Shown: positions 24,901 through 38,268 of the stretch, one piece after another
How the letters are laid out: each line of letters begins with the position of its first letter
Position numbering within the stretch: the stretch's first letter is position 1
Source of the DNA: Chara braunii
Lineage: Eukaryota > Plantae > Charophyceae
DNA length: 64,000 nucleotides
Direction of reading: 5' to 3'
Assembly (NCBI GenBank): GCA_003427395.1
Contig: BFEA01000001.1
Span: 8,329,887 to 8,393,886 of the forward strand
Program-made: the position numbers and the translations under genes
Notes under the pieces: generated by a model
The model's database searches: none
Told to the model about the DNA's origin: nothing
The model's input: only the letters and a program-made list of their open reading frames with translations

Positions 24901-27900
24901 ATACCCCCTACCTCGGATCTCTGAGCTTCTTGATCGCCTCCCTGTAGCCAAATATTTTACCAAAATTGACCTCCGCAGTGGCTTCCACTAGATCTGCATC
25001 TGCGAGGAGGACACCCACAAGACCGCATTCTGTTCTCGCTTTGGGCACTACGATTTCCTTGTGATGCCCTTCGGACTCACCAATGCCCTTGCCACATTCC
25101 AATCCACCATGAACCACACCTTCCGCGACCTCCTCGAAGTCTGTGTCGTCGTTTACCTCGATGATATCCTTGTCTATAGCCCCACCTTCGAGTCCCACCT
25201 TCAGCATCTCCGCCAAGTCCTCTCTATCCTCAGAGAGCAAAAATTATACGCCAAGCTCAACAAATTCACCTTTGCACTTCAAGCGATGAATACCTTGGCC
25301 ACATCGTCTCAGCTGAAGGAATACGCATGGACCCCTCGAAGGTCACCGCCCTCGTCGAGTATCCACCACCCAAGACCATACTCCAACTTCGTTCATTTCT
25401 CGGCCTTGCCAACTACTATCGGCCCTTTATCTGCAACTTCTCCGACATCTCGTACCCCCTCCATGAACTCTCCCGCAAGGATGAACCCTTCACTTGGAAC
25501 GACCGCCGCCATAACGCCTTCGACTTCCTCAAACAAACCATCACCACGGCCCCCGTCCTCAAGATCGCCGACCCCTCTCGACATTCCTACCTTACCACTG
25601 ATGCATCCGAATTCGCCCTTGGAGCCGTCCTCTCGCAACACTTCCCTCGCGACACCTCTGAAACCCCCTCCATCAAAGACTCCCCCACCCACCCCGAGGC
25701 TCCACCCGGTGAGTACCCCATCGCCTTCGCTAGCAAGAAGCTCCTTCCCGCGGAGATGAACTACCCCTCCAACGAGAAGGAAATCCTCGCTGTAATCCAC
25801 GCCCTCAAAGTCTGGCGCCTGTACCTCGACGGGCAATACTTCACCATCCGCATGGATAACACCATCGTCTCCTCTATCCTCACCAAGAAAGACGTCACGC
25901 CTTGCCAAGCCCGTTGGTTAGACTGACTTGCCCAATTCACATTCACCATTTGCCACATCCCTGGCAAAAGCAACCGCGTTGCCGACGCCCTCTCTCGACG
26001 CCCCGACCACAAACCCTCCGAGAAAGTCTACGCCGCCATGACTCATATCCAACTCCTACCATCGCTCCACCACCGCTACACCCAAGGCTACCTCTCTTGC
26101 CCGGATTTCTCGACAATCTACAACAAACTTCGTGATCTCGGCTCAATCCACGACTACTCCCTTCACGACCAACTTCTTTACATTGACACCAAAGGCACTT
26201 TGCATCCCGACGCACGTGGCCTCCGTACCCAGCTCTTGGCCGAGCATCACGACGCCAAGACTGCGGGACACCTCCGGTTCCAGAAGCCTTCGACACCATC
26301 TCTCGTTACTTCTATTGGCCTTCCCTACTCGTTGACGTCAAAGCCTACATTTGCGCATGCCCCACATGTCAAGTCGTCAACCCCTCAATACAATCATTGC
26401 CGATCCCCACCCACCGGTGGCAGTCCATCTCCACGGACTTTGTCTGCTGTCTCCCCAAGACCGACCGCGGACATGATTGCATCTATGTCATTGTTTGTCG
26501 CTTGACTAAATGGGCCCACTCCATCCCTTGCACCACATGCCACAACGCCAAGGAAGTCGCCATTCGCTTCTTCGACCATGTCGCACACCACCACGGTCTC
26601 CCCGAGAACATCATCAGCGACCGTGACCCTCGCTTCCTTTCACAATTCTGGAAACACCTCTTTAAAGCCTACGGAACCACGCTCAAGTATAGCACTGCAT
26701 TCCACCCACAGACCGATGGACAAACCGAGAAGATGAACGATACTTTCCAAAGAATCCTGTGGAAATATTGTCATCCACATCAACATGATTGGGATCAATT
26801 GCTCACCGCCGCCGAGATCGCCTACAACAATGTTGTCTGTCATTCCATTGGCATGTCTCCATTCTACCTTGACCTAGGCTATCATCCGCGCTTGCCCTCC
26901 GACTTCCTGCTCCCCTCGCAACTCTAACCCCTCCACCCCCTGCCCTTCTCTCAATGAACGAGTAACAACAATGAACGGACTCCTCAAAGAAGCTACCGAA
27001 GCTTTTGAACGAACACAAGAACAACAAGCCAACAAGACCAACAAACATGGACGAGACGTAACATTCAAAGTAGGGGACAAAGTCTGGCTCTCCGCCAAAC
27101 GCTTTGGACACGAACACGGCTTGTCCAAGAAACTCTCGAACAAATGGCTCGTTCCCTTCCCCATCATTGAACAAACCTCCCACGTCAATTACAAGCTCCA
27201 ATTCCCTCCTGACATGAGTCGTGTCCACCCTGTCTTCCACGTAGAATATTTAAAAGAATACCATGAATTCCCACAGGCCCAGAATTCGTAGTAGAATCCA
27301 TCATAGGTCGACAAACCACACAAGTATCAGACCATCCGGAACCAATCACAGAATACAAAGTTAAATGGACGGGATACCCTGACGAAGAATCCACATGGGA
27401 ACCTCTTCCTAACCTTAAGAATGCTATGAAACTCGTTCGTGCCTATGATCGTGCTCACCATACTTGCAACCACCATACTTGCAACCGCACAAGCCGCACA
27501 TTCGTACGGAGTTCTATGCGGAGTTCCGTGCGGGGGGTGCCTGTGCGGAATCGTGCAGGTTTTTTATTTTTATTATTATTATTATTATTTTTTTTGGGAG
27601 GGTGGACGGGGGGGTGTATGACAGGAAGATGGGGATATAACGAGAGGAAGGGGATATGGAGAGGAGGAGGATGTGGAGGAGGAGGACGACGAGGACAGCG
27701 AGGACGAGGAGGAGGAGAAGTAGAGATGGGGAAGGAGAAGAGATGGACGGAGGGAAAAGAGGAAGGGCAGGAGAAGGAGGACGACCGGGAGGAGGAGGAG
27801 ACATGGACGGCGAGGAAGGGGAGGACTCGAGGAAGGGGAGGACATGAGGAAGGGAAGGAGATGAGGAGGGATGGAAGATGAGGAAGTACGAGGAGGAGAC

Positions 27901-28250
27901 AAGGAGGATGAGGAAGGGCAGGACGAGGACGAACAGGAGGAGGAGGACGAATTGGAGGAGATGAAAAGGAGAAGGGAGGAGGAGACATGGAGGATGAGGA
28001 AGGGGAGGAGGAGCGAGGTGAGGCAGTACCCCTGCAAACTTTTTTTTCATCGCAATTATAATTTTGGCGGGGGCCCTCGAACTCACCGTTTCGACCCCCA
28101 GCCTTCCTTTTTTTTTTTTCGGAGGGGGGTGATGGGTCGTTCCCCGCACACATCGTGTGCGGCACGGGATCGGTTGGGCGCGTGCGCCGCACGTCGGGAA
28201 CCGCCCGCACGACGTGCGCTTGCAAGTATGGTGCTCACCCTATATCCTAG
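21940..28250 (+). pseudogene. gag-pol polyprotein, frameshifted with stops
   Basis: Zn-knuckle GCFRCR*LGRLQTNCP ~23510; protease LDIGATGNCI ~24060; RT VVVYLDDILVYS ~25150; RNase H TTDASEFALGAVL ~25595; integrase SDRDPRF and HPQTDGQTE ~26620-26730; chromodomain EYKVKWTGYPDEESTWEP ~27350-27400. Confidence 0.95.
27459..28230. mobile_element. Non-autonomous hAT-type element nested in the end of pol
   Basis: TIR catacttgcaa / ttgcaagtatg, perfect 8-bp TSD gtgctcac (27451-58, 28231-38); GA-rich interior. Confidence 0.9.
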
Positions 28251-29190
28251 ATACATAATATAACTCAAACCCTAAACCCTTGCATAAAACCCCGCATTCC
28301 TGCTCTACACACACCCCTGTACCCAGCGAAGCCCTTGCCTCTTGAACCACCCCCTGTCTGATCCGCTCTTGCCTCCGCCTTGCCCCGTTCTCCCATCTGT
28401 CCTCCGCCACGTCCTTGTCTCTCTTGTCCAAGTCCTCTCTGTGGCCCCTGTGCGTTGCCGGCGATAATGGATCTAATGGCAAGCGTGCAAGGACGATGGC
28501 ATGCTGCAGCTCAGTACGAGGAGATAAGACCGCTGGTTGGCCACCATGCTGTTCCCTTTGGCCGGCACCTTGGATTCGCAGACTTCTGGAGCAGCACCTC
28601 TGACATGTACATCAAGATCAGTCTGTGACCTGCTATCCGGATCGCACCTCATCATCAGACAGTGTACCGGACGCAACCTGCTATTGCGACAATCAAGCTG
28701 AAGTCCTCGCCGCCTACATCACGGAACTGCTGAAGACTGTTTCCTCACCGCCACTTCTGCGACACCCTCCAAGACCTTCCTCGAGACATTGTTTTCGCTT
28801 TTAACACTTTGTTACAGACCTGAGACGTTGTTTTTCCAGACCCCTCAGAAACCCCAGCACTTGAGCATTGAACAAACAATTTTTTTGTTTTATTTTATTT
28901 CTCTACAACCCTGACAAGCTATAACCTTGTAGAACACCAATAGGACTACCCTGGTACTTGTAGAACCTCAATAGGATTACCATGTTATCTGAACATTGCT
29001 ACTCTCACCCTTGTAGACCCTCAATAGGATTACCCTGTTACTTGAGCATCGATTCCCTCATCCCTGTAGAACCTTGATAGGATTACCCTGCTACTTGCAT
29101 TACTCCCCTTTTCCTTTTCTGACCAGTGATCGGCCCCGTCCCGTCCTTCACAGTTTCATTGGGTCTTTGGCAGCCGGGACGTTGCCTTCC

Positions 29191-29205
29191 AGAGGGAGGG
29201 GATAG
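29191..29205 (+). promoter_or_regulatory. Polypurine tract
   Basis: agagggaggggatag immediately before the 3' LTR. Confidence 0.9.
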
Positions 29206-29708
29206 TGTTACGGACTCAGCCAGGGCTCGATCCCTGGTCCTCAGGTTACCACCTGCCGTTCCTGACTGTTGGCGCCCCTGCAGTTGGCGCCCGTTCTCAA
29301 ATCCCGCCTCTGCCACTTTCGGATTTCGTACTTGGCGCCATCCGGCGTTTTGGCGCCCAGGCTCAGACCTTCGATTTTCAGTTCAGCCCCGAGGCAATTG
29401 CACTTTTGCCCTCGGACTCAACTTGAGTCCGGTACTTAAGACCGGACTTAACTTGAGTCCGGTACTTAAGACCGGACTCAAGCTGAGTTCGGGGACTCAG
29501 TTTTCAGCCTCAGTGCTTGTGCTTCCGTGTGACTTGCTGCGACATTGTGTATGGAACCGAGCTTGCGACTTTGCGACTTTGCCACTTTGTGTTCGTGTCC
29601 GTCGAGTCGTGTCGAGTCCGTGTCGAGTTGAGTGAGTGTGTGTATCTGTGCTCTCACTCCCTCCCTCTCTCTTCCGCGACCTCGCTGCTCTGCCTCAGCC
29701 CCGTCACA
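29206..29708 (+). repeat. 3' LTR
   Basis: tgttacggactcagcc...ccccgtcaca; carries an internal ~27-bp tandem duplication absent from the 5' LTR. Confidence 0.95.
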
Positions 29709-30686
29709 GGTGTTACTTCCGCCTATGTGAGGGCCAACCCCGATGCGTCCGTCAGATGAAAACAAATGAAGAACAAAGAACAAAAAAGCTTCCCTTATGC
29801 TGTGATCATGGTCCGATACAGGAAGCTACAGTGCTGGTGTGAGTATGATGCGAGTGAGGCAGACTCAGGCAGTTAGTTGCGTCGCGTGGAATACGCCCTG
29901 CCTCTCTGGCAGGGCACGGAAAGGAAACGTCTACAAGAAAAAACAAAAACAAAAACATCATTACTCACGTTCCGCACATACTGGCCAGGTACATTCCTCA
30001 AAGCACTGGTGAGACTTCCACCTCTGGGAGGGCCTTTTCGATGTTGCTAGATTCAAAGTTCTTTGTTTGTTTTTGTTTCGTTTTTTTGTTCTTTTCTTTT
30101 CGTGGGCCCACAAGGTCCCACTCTTTTCCTTTTCTTTGCTTTCCCGCCGAGCCTCCTTGGACCTTTGGAAATTGCGGTATAGAGAAAATTATTATCCCAC
30201 TTTACCCCCCAACACTGAGAAAGGTAGTGGTGGTTTAAGGCCGAATTAATCAAGTCGATGAAGGTTTGCCGCTAGTAAGGTTGAGATTTTCGGAGTTCGC
30301 GCAGTAGGCTCAGTGCGTTCTGTCTGCCTATGACTGAGTCTGTTTGAAAATAATGATGGGGAAGTGTTTGGCTATCAACCAAGGGAATCATAATCACAGA
30401 TAATGTGGGACCACGCCACACTGATGAAATCACAATTTGTGTGCGCACTCTCGGAAAAAATAGGGCCTGTGCAGAGTCCAAAAGAGTCCGATCAAGCATG
30501 TGGGGGCCAACAGGGGCTTGATTCCAAGTGGGGGATGTTGGTCTTTGCCTGAAAAAAAATGTTCAGAATGTGTGCACATGATTGGCATCTCCCCTAAAGA
30601 AAAACAGAGATTGCTGACGTCAGGTAGTCGTGATGGCGGCCATTGCTCTCTTTCAGTGGTGCGATGCTGTGAACTTGGCCTGCTCA

Positions 30687-30717
<31 letters not shown>

Positions 30718-30723
30718 TATTTG

Positions 30724-30823
30724 AATTTGGACCGTTTCTTGATTCATGGGTGTAATCCTTTGTGCAGGGGCCATGCTAATCTTCTCTGTATCATTCCAAT
30801 GTTAAACGGATGTGCCGAAGGAC
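30724..30823 (-). pseudogene. U6: U6 snRNA retrocopy with A-rich tail
   Basis: Minus strand gtccttcggcacatccg..gatacagagaagattagcatggcccctgcac..ggtccaaat, followed by (aaaaat)n. Confidence 0.92.
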
Positions 30824-31980
30824 TGGTCAGAAAGTTGTACTGGGAATGGGTGGATAGTAGAATGCTGCCGCCATCGCCGCCTAGAGTATTTTGCTTGGTT
30901 TCTGCCACCGCTCTGTGTGGTTTTGGGTGCGAATAACAAGGGGGGGTGCTAGTGTGCATGCCATGGGGTGAAGAACGTTGAGAAGGTGGGGGAAAGGGAA
31001 GAGTGAGGGTGGGGCAATGTTGCAATCCGTGTGCCATGGGGAGGGGGGGATGTTGATGTGGATTGCAAGATGCTCTGCACTGTACATATGATGGGGCTGG
31101 GGAAGGGAAGTGTTGCGGGGGGTTTTGCAGCATGCCTATATCTGATGAGCTGGGGGGAAGGGGGAGTTTTCGGAGGTGGTCATGAGATGCTCGTCATGCA
31201 AGAAGTGGAGTAGCAGCAGAGGGAGTGTTGAAGAGGGTGGAGGGGGCTTGCGTTCACTGGGCGAGGGAAAGGGGGAATTGTGCAGTGGGTTGCAGGATGT
31301 GCTCCTTGCAGGGAAGAGCGAAGGAGGGTGGTACACGAGAGTGTTGAGGAGGTTTTGCCTGGAACTCGTTCCGCATAGAGGTTAGGTTGAGCAGAATATG
31401 CTGGAGGAGGGTTGGGGAACGTGTTGTGCGTGCAAGAAGGTGGGCTGTGGGAGTGTTAATAGGGGGTTCGGAAAGGCTGGTGTGCAGGTAGAGGCGGAGA
31501 GGAGAATGTGAAGGGGAGTCAGAAGATGCTTTGCAGACATGGGGTTTGTCGAGGGTGGTTGTGATGTGTGCCATCTACGGAAAGGGGGATGAGCGGCAGT
31601 ACGATGTGGCTTGCAAGAGGAGCTCGGCAGGAGGTATTGGGTAAAGGGGCGTAAATGGGGTCGCAAGATGCGCTGCCCTCAAGAACAGGGGGAGGTGAAG
31701 AGTCAAGGGGGTTGGAAGAATCTTCGCACTAGAGATGGATGGTGATAGAATTTTATGGTGCTTGGAGTGTGCGCAGGTGAATGGTGTTTTGAATCAAGGG
31801 GTTTATAATACTTTATATTGCTTTTCCAAAAGCGTATTTTAAGAGTGAACTTAGGGCTCGAAGTTTGCAAAGGAACAAGCCGGTTCCTTCTCCTACTCAA
31901 CGCCCTAGGTAGCGGAAACATATGTAATAGAAAAAAATGCTGACTTTTAAATGTATACCCGTCTGGATTGGTGTGAACAG

Positions 31981-32150
31981 ATGGACAGGATCGACGGTGG
32001 ATAAAGGGGAAGGAGGCTGTTTGGTGGTCTGTGAGTGGAAATGCAACATTGCCAAGAATTGGGCCACTTGTTCTACACCTCGTCTTGATGTCTCAGCCTA
32101 ATGTGATGGGAGACTTGAAGGAACGAGTTGCGCATGGAATGTGTGCAATG
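31981..32150 (+). CDS. Metallo-beta-lactamase-fold hydrolase, exon B
   Basis: GQDRRWIKGKEAVWWSVSGNATLPRIGPLVL; aacag acceptor, atg|gttagt donor in phase with the next exon. Confidence 0.7.
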
Positions 32151-32507
32151 GTTAGTAATCATTCCGCCAGGCTACCTTGCCTGCGTTCAACTGTTTTGGG
32201 CAGTCACTATGTGTGTGGTATATTATAGCCTCCAGTGTTTTCATGCTGCGAAGCATTCACTGAGCCATCTGTTGCTTGTTATGGTACTGGTCGAATGTGT
32301 GGAGCATGGGAACATCTATCCAGATAGAAGACTGCCCAGCGTGCAACTGGCAGTTTACGGACCTGGATTCCACTATCAGAGGCCCAAGCGTGTACACAAT
32401 GACGCATTCATGGAAGAGAAGAAGTCACTGATGTATTATGCTCCACAAAAGGAACAAAAAGCTCAAAAGATGTGTGTGTGTGTGTGTGTGTGNNNNNNNN
32501 NNNNNNN

Positions 32508-32577
<70 letters not shown>

Positions 32578-33197
32578 TGGATGTTATTGCTGACATGAGT
32601 TTCATTACATGCGATCTTCTTTAGGACCACACATGGGGGCCTCCCCTCAAGGAGCGCTCAACGATGTTCAGAGGGTCCTTTGGCCACAACAGAAGGAAGC
32701 GTGAGTGCATGTTATCTTAATTGAAAGCTTTGGAATTGCCGGTGGGAACGGAGCAGCGCAAGGACCACAAGCCCCTGATTTTTTGAGGAAAAAGTTCCGA
32801 AAAACAGGAAAGGAAAAAGGAAAAAAAGAAAAAGTTATATGCAGCATGTGAAAATGAATAAGGGGTTCTTGAATGATGGCATATGCAGGTAGAAGTGGAG
32901 TATTCAATGATTGCGAAGGTGGTCCATATATTTTGTTATTATCCCTGTCAAACGTACCATTTTCTCGATCTTCTGCGGTGGCCGTGGAATGGTATGTTAA
33001 GTTGTTAACATTGTTAAGGTCTGAATGACTGGTGATTGTAATGTCCTGTCCATTGGGATTGCTGTATTTTTCCTGCGGTCGCCGGGCCGTCATTAGTTGT
33101 GCAGAACCACAAGACTGTGGTGAGGGTTGTGAAGTTGGCGCTTTGCCTTTTTTATTATTATTGGTGATTTGGTTCTGTTGTTGTTCTTTGTCCACAG

Positions 33198-33461
33198 GCG
33201 TATCCTCCGGGCTTCCTGGTTATTCCGATGAGGTCGGCGGCAGTGCACCCATTCTCAACTACCAACCTCCTTGTGTTTGACCCACCGAGAGAGAACACTG
33301 CTGGGAAGGTACATGAGATGTATTTGGCCAAGGATGCGGTTGGCGTTCCCCCAGTATCGGCCATGGATCGAAGTCAGAGCAACAATGGTGTACTGACGGA
33401 GGTGAACGGTGACTGCCTAGTGGTCGATCCTGGAGCTATGCCTGGCATTGCTCAGCAACAG
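33198..33461 (+). CDS. Metallo-beta-lactamase-fold hydrolase, exon C
   Basis: AYPPGFLVIPMRSAAVHPFSTTNLLVF...GDCLVVDPG (TN and DPG motifs of the MBL fold); polypyrimidine-cacag acceptor, cag|gt donor, 264 nt in phase 0. Confidence 0.9.
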
Positions 33462-34599
33462 GTCCGTAGATGGCAAAATCCCTCCCCCCCCTTCCCCCTG
33501 TAGCTTTTTGACTGTCACCTGGGAAGGTATTTAAGAGGGAAGAAAGGCTGATGCGCTCACCGGACAGCATCGATCTGCTGCCTGGCTGCTAGCCCATGAT
33601 CAGTTCTTCGGTTCGCTACCACTGTATGTGTCGCAGAGGCGAGCAGGCCGGTATGGCAAGCTGCAGAGGTGTACGGATGGAAAAATCTTGTAAGAATGGA
33701 GAGGTTGAAATGGTGCAGCTGATGCCATAATTTGCAAGGACATGATTTGCAATTACGGATGTGATCGAGTGGCCATTTTGTCACTTGCGAAGGCATTTTA
33801 AGAGTGGAGCGAGGCTGCTCCGATAGGGCATGCGCTCACCGGAGAGCGCCCATCTACTGCCTGGCCGCAAATTCCGGTGACCAATTCGTTGGTTCCTGTA
33901 GGAGCATGTTCTGTAGCTGAGGTACGAGCGTTGGAGGGCAAAACTGGCAAGTGTGCTAAGGGGTAGGGATGCAAGGGTCTTGTAATAAGAGAATAGAGGT
34001 TGGAACTGAGGAGCTAACCCCGTAAATGACAGGGAGACTGAGAGGCATGATTTCCACCTAACAGGTGTGTGATTGAGTGGGCAATTTGGGAGGAAATCCT
34101 CTGTGCAAAGTCAAGGACTTCTTCTTGCAGCCTATTCTTCCCCTTGTCCCGTCTGTCCGCACCGGCTTATGTGCATCGTCGCAGTGCATCTGATCAATAT
34201 CGGAGCGATTGAATCTAGTGGGGTGGTATATGCTCATGCTCATTTTGCTGGTCATCTCCAGAAGAGGTGAGTGAGTGCTGGGCATGTGTTGGCACCTTTG
34301 TCTCCTTGATGTTTGCAGGTTGATGCATGCTCCGTACGGAGTAGCGTGATGCATGTCCTTTGCATGACATCCTGGTCTCTACTGTAGGAAGGAGCACGAC
34401 CTTGATCTGATAGCTTGCCAGGTACGGTGCTTCCTTTTTCTGGAGTCTGTTGCTAGGCTGGCATCATAGATGGGTGACAAGGCGATCAAGTTGAAATGAT
34501 CTATGGGCAGACAGTGAAACAACGACGATGCGGTCCTGAGCTAGGAATAAGGTGCGGAAAGGGGAATTATGGGGCAAGCTCTAACCCTGTGCTGTCCAT

Positions 34600-35300
34600 T
34601 AACGTTGCGGTGTGGGTTTGTGTCCATGCTGGCGGATATTCTCCAAGATTGCAAGTCTGACTGGAATGAGTCGCAGAGTGAAACCATTGTTCTGGTTCAA
34701 TTCATTGCAGGCAGCCTGTGGTATGGTGTGTCTTGACCCTTAACTGCCAAATTTTCTCCATGATTGCAAGCCTGACAGGAACTACGGTAGTCTCTGTGTG
34801 AAGTTATCGTTCCGAGGAACTTTGATCAGGCAGTCCACAGTTGATGGCCTGGATCAAGACACGTGCTAGAAGTCTGTGGTCTGGTGTGGCTTGACCCTTA
34901 CCTGTCAGCCTTTCTCCATCTCTGACGGAAATGAGTCTCAGTGTGAAGTCGTCGCCCTCACGAACTTTGCTCAGGCTATCCACGGTCGATTTACTGGCAG
35001 TCTGTGGTATGGTGTGGCTTGACCCTCAGGTGCCAGTTTTTCTCCAAAGATTGTGAGTCTGAATGGAACTACTGTAGCCTCAGTGATGCCCTCCTGGTGC
35101 TTGCCACCACCTCCAGCGTATACAGTCTGTGGTATGGTGTGGCTTGACCCCTTAGCTGCCGGCTTTTTCTCCAAGATTGTGAGTCTGACTGGATCTAGCC
35201 TCAGTGATGCCCTCCTGATGCTTGTCGCCTCCGGCATATACTTGTGCCCTGAGTGATGCCCTCCCGGTGCTTGCCGCCTCCAGCGTATACTTTTGCCCTT
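34600..35300. repeat. Degenerate tandem repeat, ~130-bp units
   Basis: Recurrent gtctgtggtatggtgtggcttgaccc...ttctccaagattg. Confidence 0.8.
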
Positions 35301-35637
35301 TGCGGTGTTATTATGCTGCTATAACGAAGCATGTGAACAGGGTACTCCAGACAGCTGCAACCTGTGATTCAGCTGCACACTTGGTGAGGTACGGGAGGTG
35401 GCTGGGCAAGCCAGGCTCTATTTATGGATCGAGGGCGATGTCCAGAAACCAAGCCTCATCACCGTCTTACCAGGCACCAAGTGCACTTTGTTCAAGCGAC
35501 TGGTTTTCGGAAATTGCCATGGATTGTGAGGGACACAAAATTGCAGGATCTATTTTTTTGAAAAATCCATTTTGCTAACATTCGTTCACGTTGTGTCTGT
35601 ACGGGCTGGCACATCCGTTGCTGTCGAGTTACCCATG

Positions 35638-35687
<50 letters not shown>

Positions 35688-36850
35688 NNNNNNNNNNNNN
35701 NNNNNNNNNNNNNNNNNNNNNNNNNNNNNNNNNNNNNNNNNNNNNNNNNNNNNNNNNNNNNNNNNNNNNNNNNNNNNNNNNNNNNNNNNNNNNNNNNNNN
35801 NNNNNNNNNNNNAGGTTTGGGCGAGCTCAAGGTGTCGATGACTTTGGGCCAGGCATCAGTTACTTTGGTTGTGGGCAAGAGAGATCATTTCAGGCCAGAG
35901 GGGGAATGGGAACACGGAAGGGGGTGGAAGAGATTGGGGAGAGACGAACAAGCACAGAAAACGAAATGATTGGGAGGATAGGGTAATGGTATGGGGGAGA
36001 AGAGGAGGATGGATGGGAAGGTGAGTGAAGCGTGGTGATGGCGGAGGAGAGGAAGGTTGAGGAGGAGAATGGAGCTCGTTTGGAGTTGAATAGAAAAGTG
36101 ATGGATTTGAGTGTGATGAGGAGCAGCAGGAGGGGGAAGGTGGCAAAGTAGGAGAGGTGGGAGAATGATCACAGAACAGGATGTGATCAGCAGGAGACGA
36201 TAATGGTGAAGGGGGGGAAGAGGAGCACGGATGAGAGGAATGTGATGGGGAGAGGACGGTTAAGGAGAATGAGGGTGGTAAGGTGGAGAAGATCAGATAA
36301 TTTTCTGGGGATGTATCTTCCCGGGGATGTGGCTGTGAGGAAAATGGCGATCATCAGCATGATGAATAGGGAGAGGAGGAGAAGAGGAGTGAGAGGAGGA
36401 GCTAGAGTGGCAGAAATCAGAGAAGGAGCAGGGAAGACAGCATGATCCAGTGGCCGAGCACAAGAATCGTGATGTTCCTGCGCAACTTATCCTACCCGAA
36501 CTCTCCGATTTGGTGTGTATGTTGTTTTTCAAGTTGTCATCATCCAGTATGTTTTCATCCCCATCCATAAGGAAGCGAGATACAGGAAGAGAGAGCCTAC
36601 GCACACGAAAACCGGGGTGGAAGAGGAGGGCAGATCAGGAGGAACGTGAACCGTGGTGATGAGAGGAGTGAAGGAGGGTTGAGGAGGACGTGCGAGTGGG
36701 TAAGGGGGCAGGGAAGACAATAGGATGGCCAGGTAATGAAGATGAGGAAGGGACAGGAGGCAAAGGAGACCGATGAAGGAGTAGGTGCACAAGTACATAG
36801 ATAAACAGAGACATAGAAGATATGAACACACACACACACACACACACACA

Positions 36851-36896
<46 letters not shown>

Positions 36897-36944
36897 NNNN
36901 NNNNNNNNNNNNNNNNNNNNNNNNNNNNNNNNNNNNNNNNNNNN

Positions 36945-37019
<75 letters not shown>

Positions 37020-37873
37020 CAAGCAAGGTAGATGGATAGGTGCAGAAATACATACATAAACAGGTACACCGACAGGGACGTTGATACGAACTCGCCATGG
37101 CTTGATCCGTAGACCTGACTCTGAGTGCCGGACTTATATTTTTGGGCATGTCCTTGGTACTAGGACGTTGTGTTTTTGTCCAACGAACAATTTCCATTGC
37201 TGCCCTGCTGGCGCCGACTTCTTCTAGACAAACCCCTGAGACCGGCCTAGCTCTGCTGAACACACACATCAGGGTAACATCTGGTGCTGTACTCTGTTTC
37301 AGACCATTGACTGTGAGTTGCTGCTCGTACTCTTCTCTCAGCGTGTGTGCATCGCACCAGTTGAGTACTGCATTGGAGCATGGTTGTGAGTGTGTTTGCT
37401 CCCTCTCACCCCTCAGTGAGCCCCGCACTCGTCCCAGGCGTAGGCAGGGAGGCGGGCAGAATCACACTCTGTGGCGATTGTTGGCTCTTTCTAAGTCTTC
37501 ATCTTGCAGCGAGTGTGCCATTTCGCCTTCCTGTCGTCTCTTCATCGCAGGCACACAGGCATAGACCACTGGCAGGGCTTCTGTTCCTCTTCCAAAGGAT
37601 CCCCTCTTCCTTTGATATATAATCAAAAGGATCAACCTTGCTTTGGCATGAATTTACGTAGTGTTTGTGCATCTGAACACATACAAGTGTAATTTGAATG
37701 ACAAGAGGATGTTAGAGACACATCCGCGAATACAGGGATGTATGCAAACATATGGCGTTCCTTCTATTTTTCACTGAGCCCATTCCCTTTTTACCAGGGG
37801 GATCAACCCAGTGTCAAGTACACCACACCCGTGGCCTACAAGTAAAACGTGTAACCTGTTTTTGACATGACCA

Positions 37874-38268
37874 CAGGGTAGCATACCTGCCGACCGGTTG
37901 GGCCGACCCTGACCGCCGACCGTATTGCAGCCGACCAGTAGGGCCGACCGGTCGGCGATCTGCACTAGTCAGAAAACAATCATCCACTGATTTTTTTTCA
38001 AATCTGAGTTGGGGGCTGTATTGTGCTTGCTGAGTACTGCCAAATCCGCTGAGAAACTTTTGGGGATGGGGGGGTTGGGGGGGGGTTGGGGGGGGGTATA
38101 GGGGGGTATAGGGGGTATTGGGAGGGGTTGGGTGCGGTTTGGGGGTGTATGGGGGTATTGGGGGCCGCTATGGGGGTGTTGGTGGGGTTATGAGGGGTTT
38201 GTACCCTTTTTTTTCCCCCCCGATGCTGACCAGTCAAGGGCCGCCGACCGTCGGGGTATGCAACACTG
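37874..38268 (+). mobile_element. Non-autonomous hAT-type element, empty copy
   Basis: Ends cagggtagcata / tatgcaacactg, 8-bp TSD catgacca/catgagca, ccgacc subterminal repeats. Confidence 0.85.

Larger units (their letters stand above)
19390..29708 (+). mobile_element. Full-length decayed Ty3/gypsy chromovirus LTR retrotransposon
   Basis: TG..CA LTRs 19390-19891 and 29206-29708; 5-bp TSD GGTGT (19385-89, 29709-13); PBS and PPT present; gag-PR-RT-RH-IN-chromodomain order. Confidence 0.97.

Noticed and set aside
28261-28281. Telomere-like aaaccctaaaccct
   Set aside because: Only about two units, inside the retrotransposon 3' region.
29920-29972. GT..AG mini-intron on the minus strand of the 290-bp unit, suggesting a small Cys-rich peptide gene
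   Set aside because: The donor and reading frame are not conserved in the sister unit.
30950-31920. G-rich block (also 35.8-36.45 kb) with faint LINE endonuclease-like DH.P motifs on the minus strand
   Set aside because: Too decayed to assign by eye.
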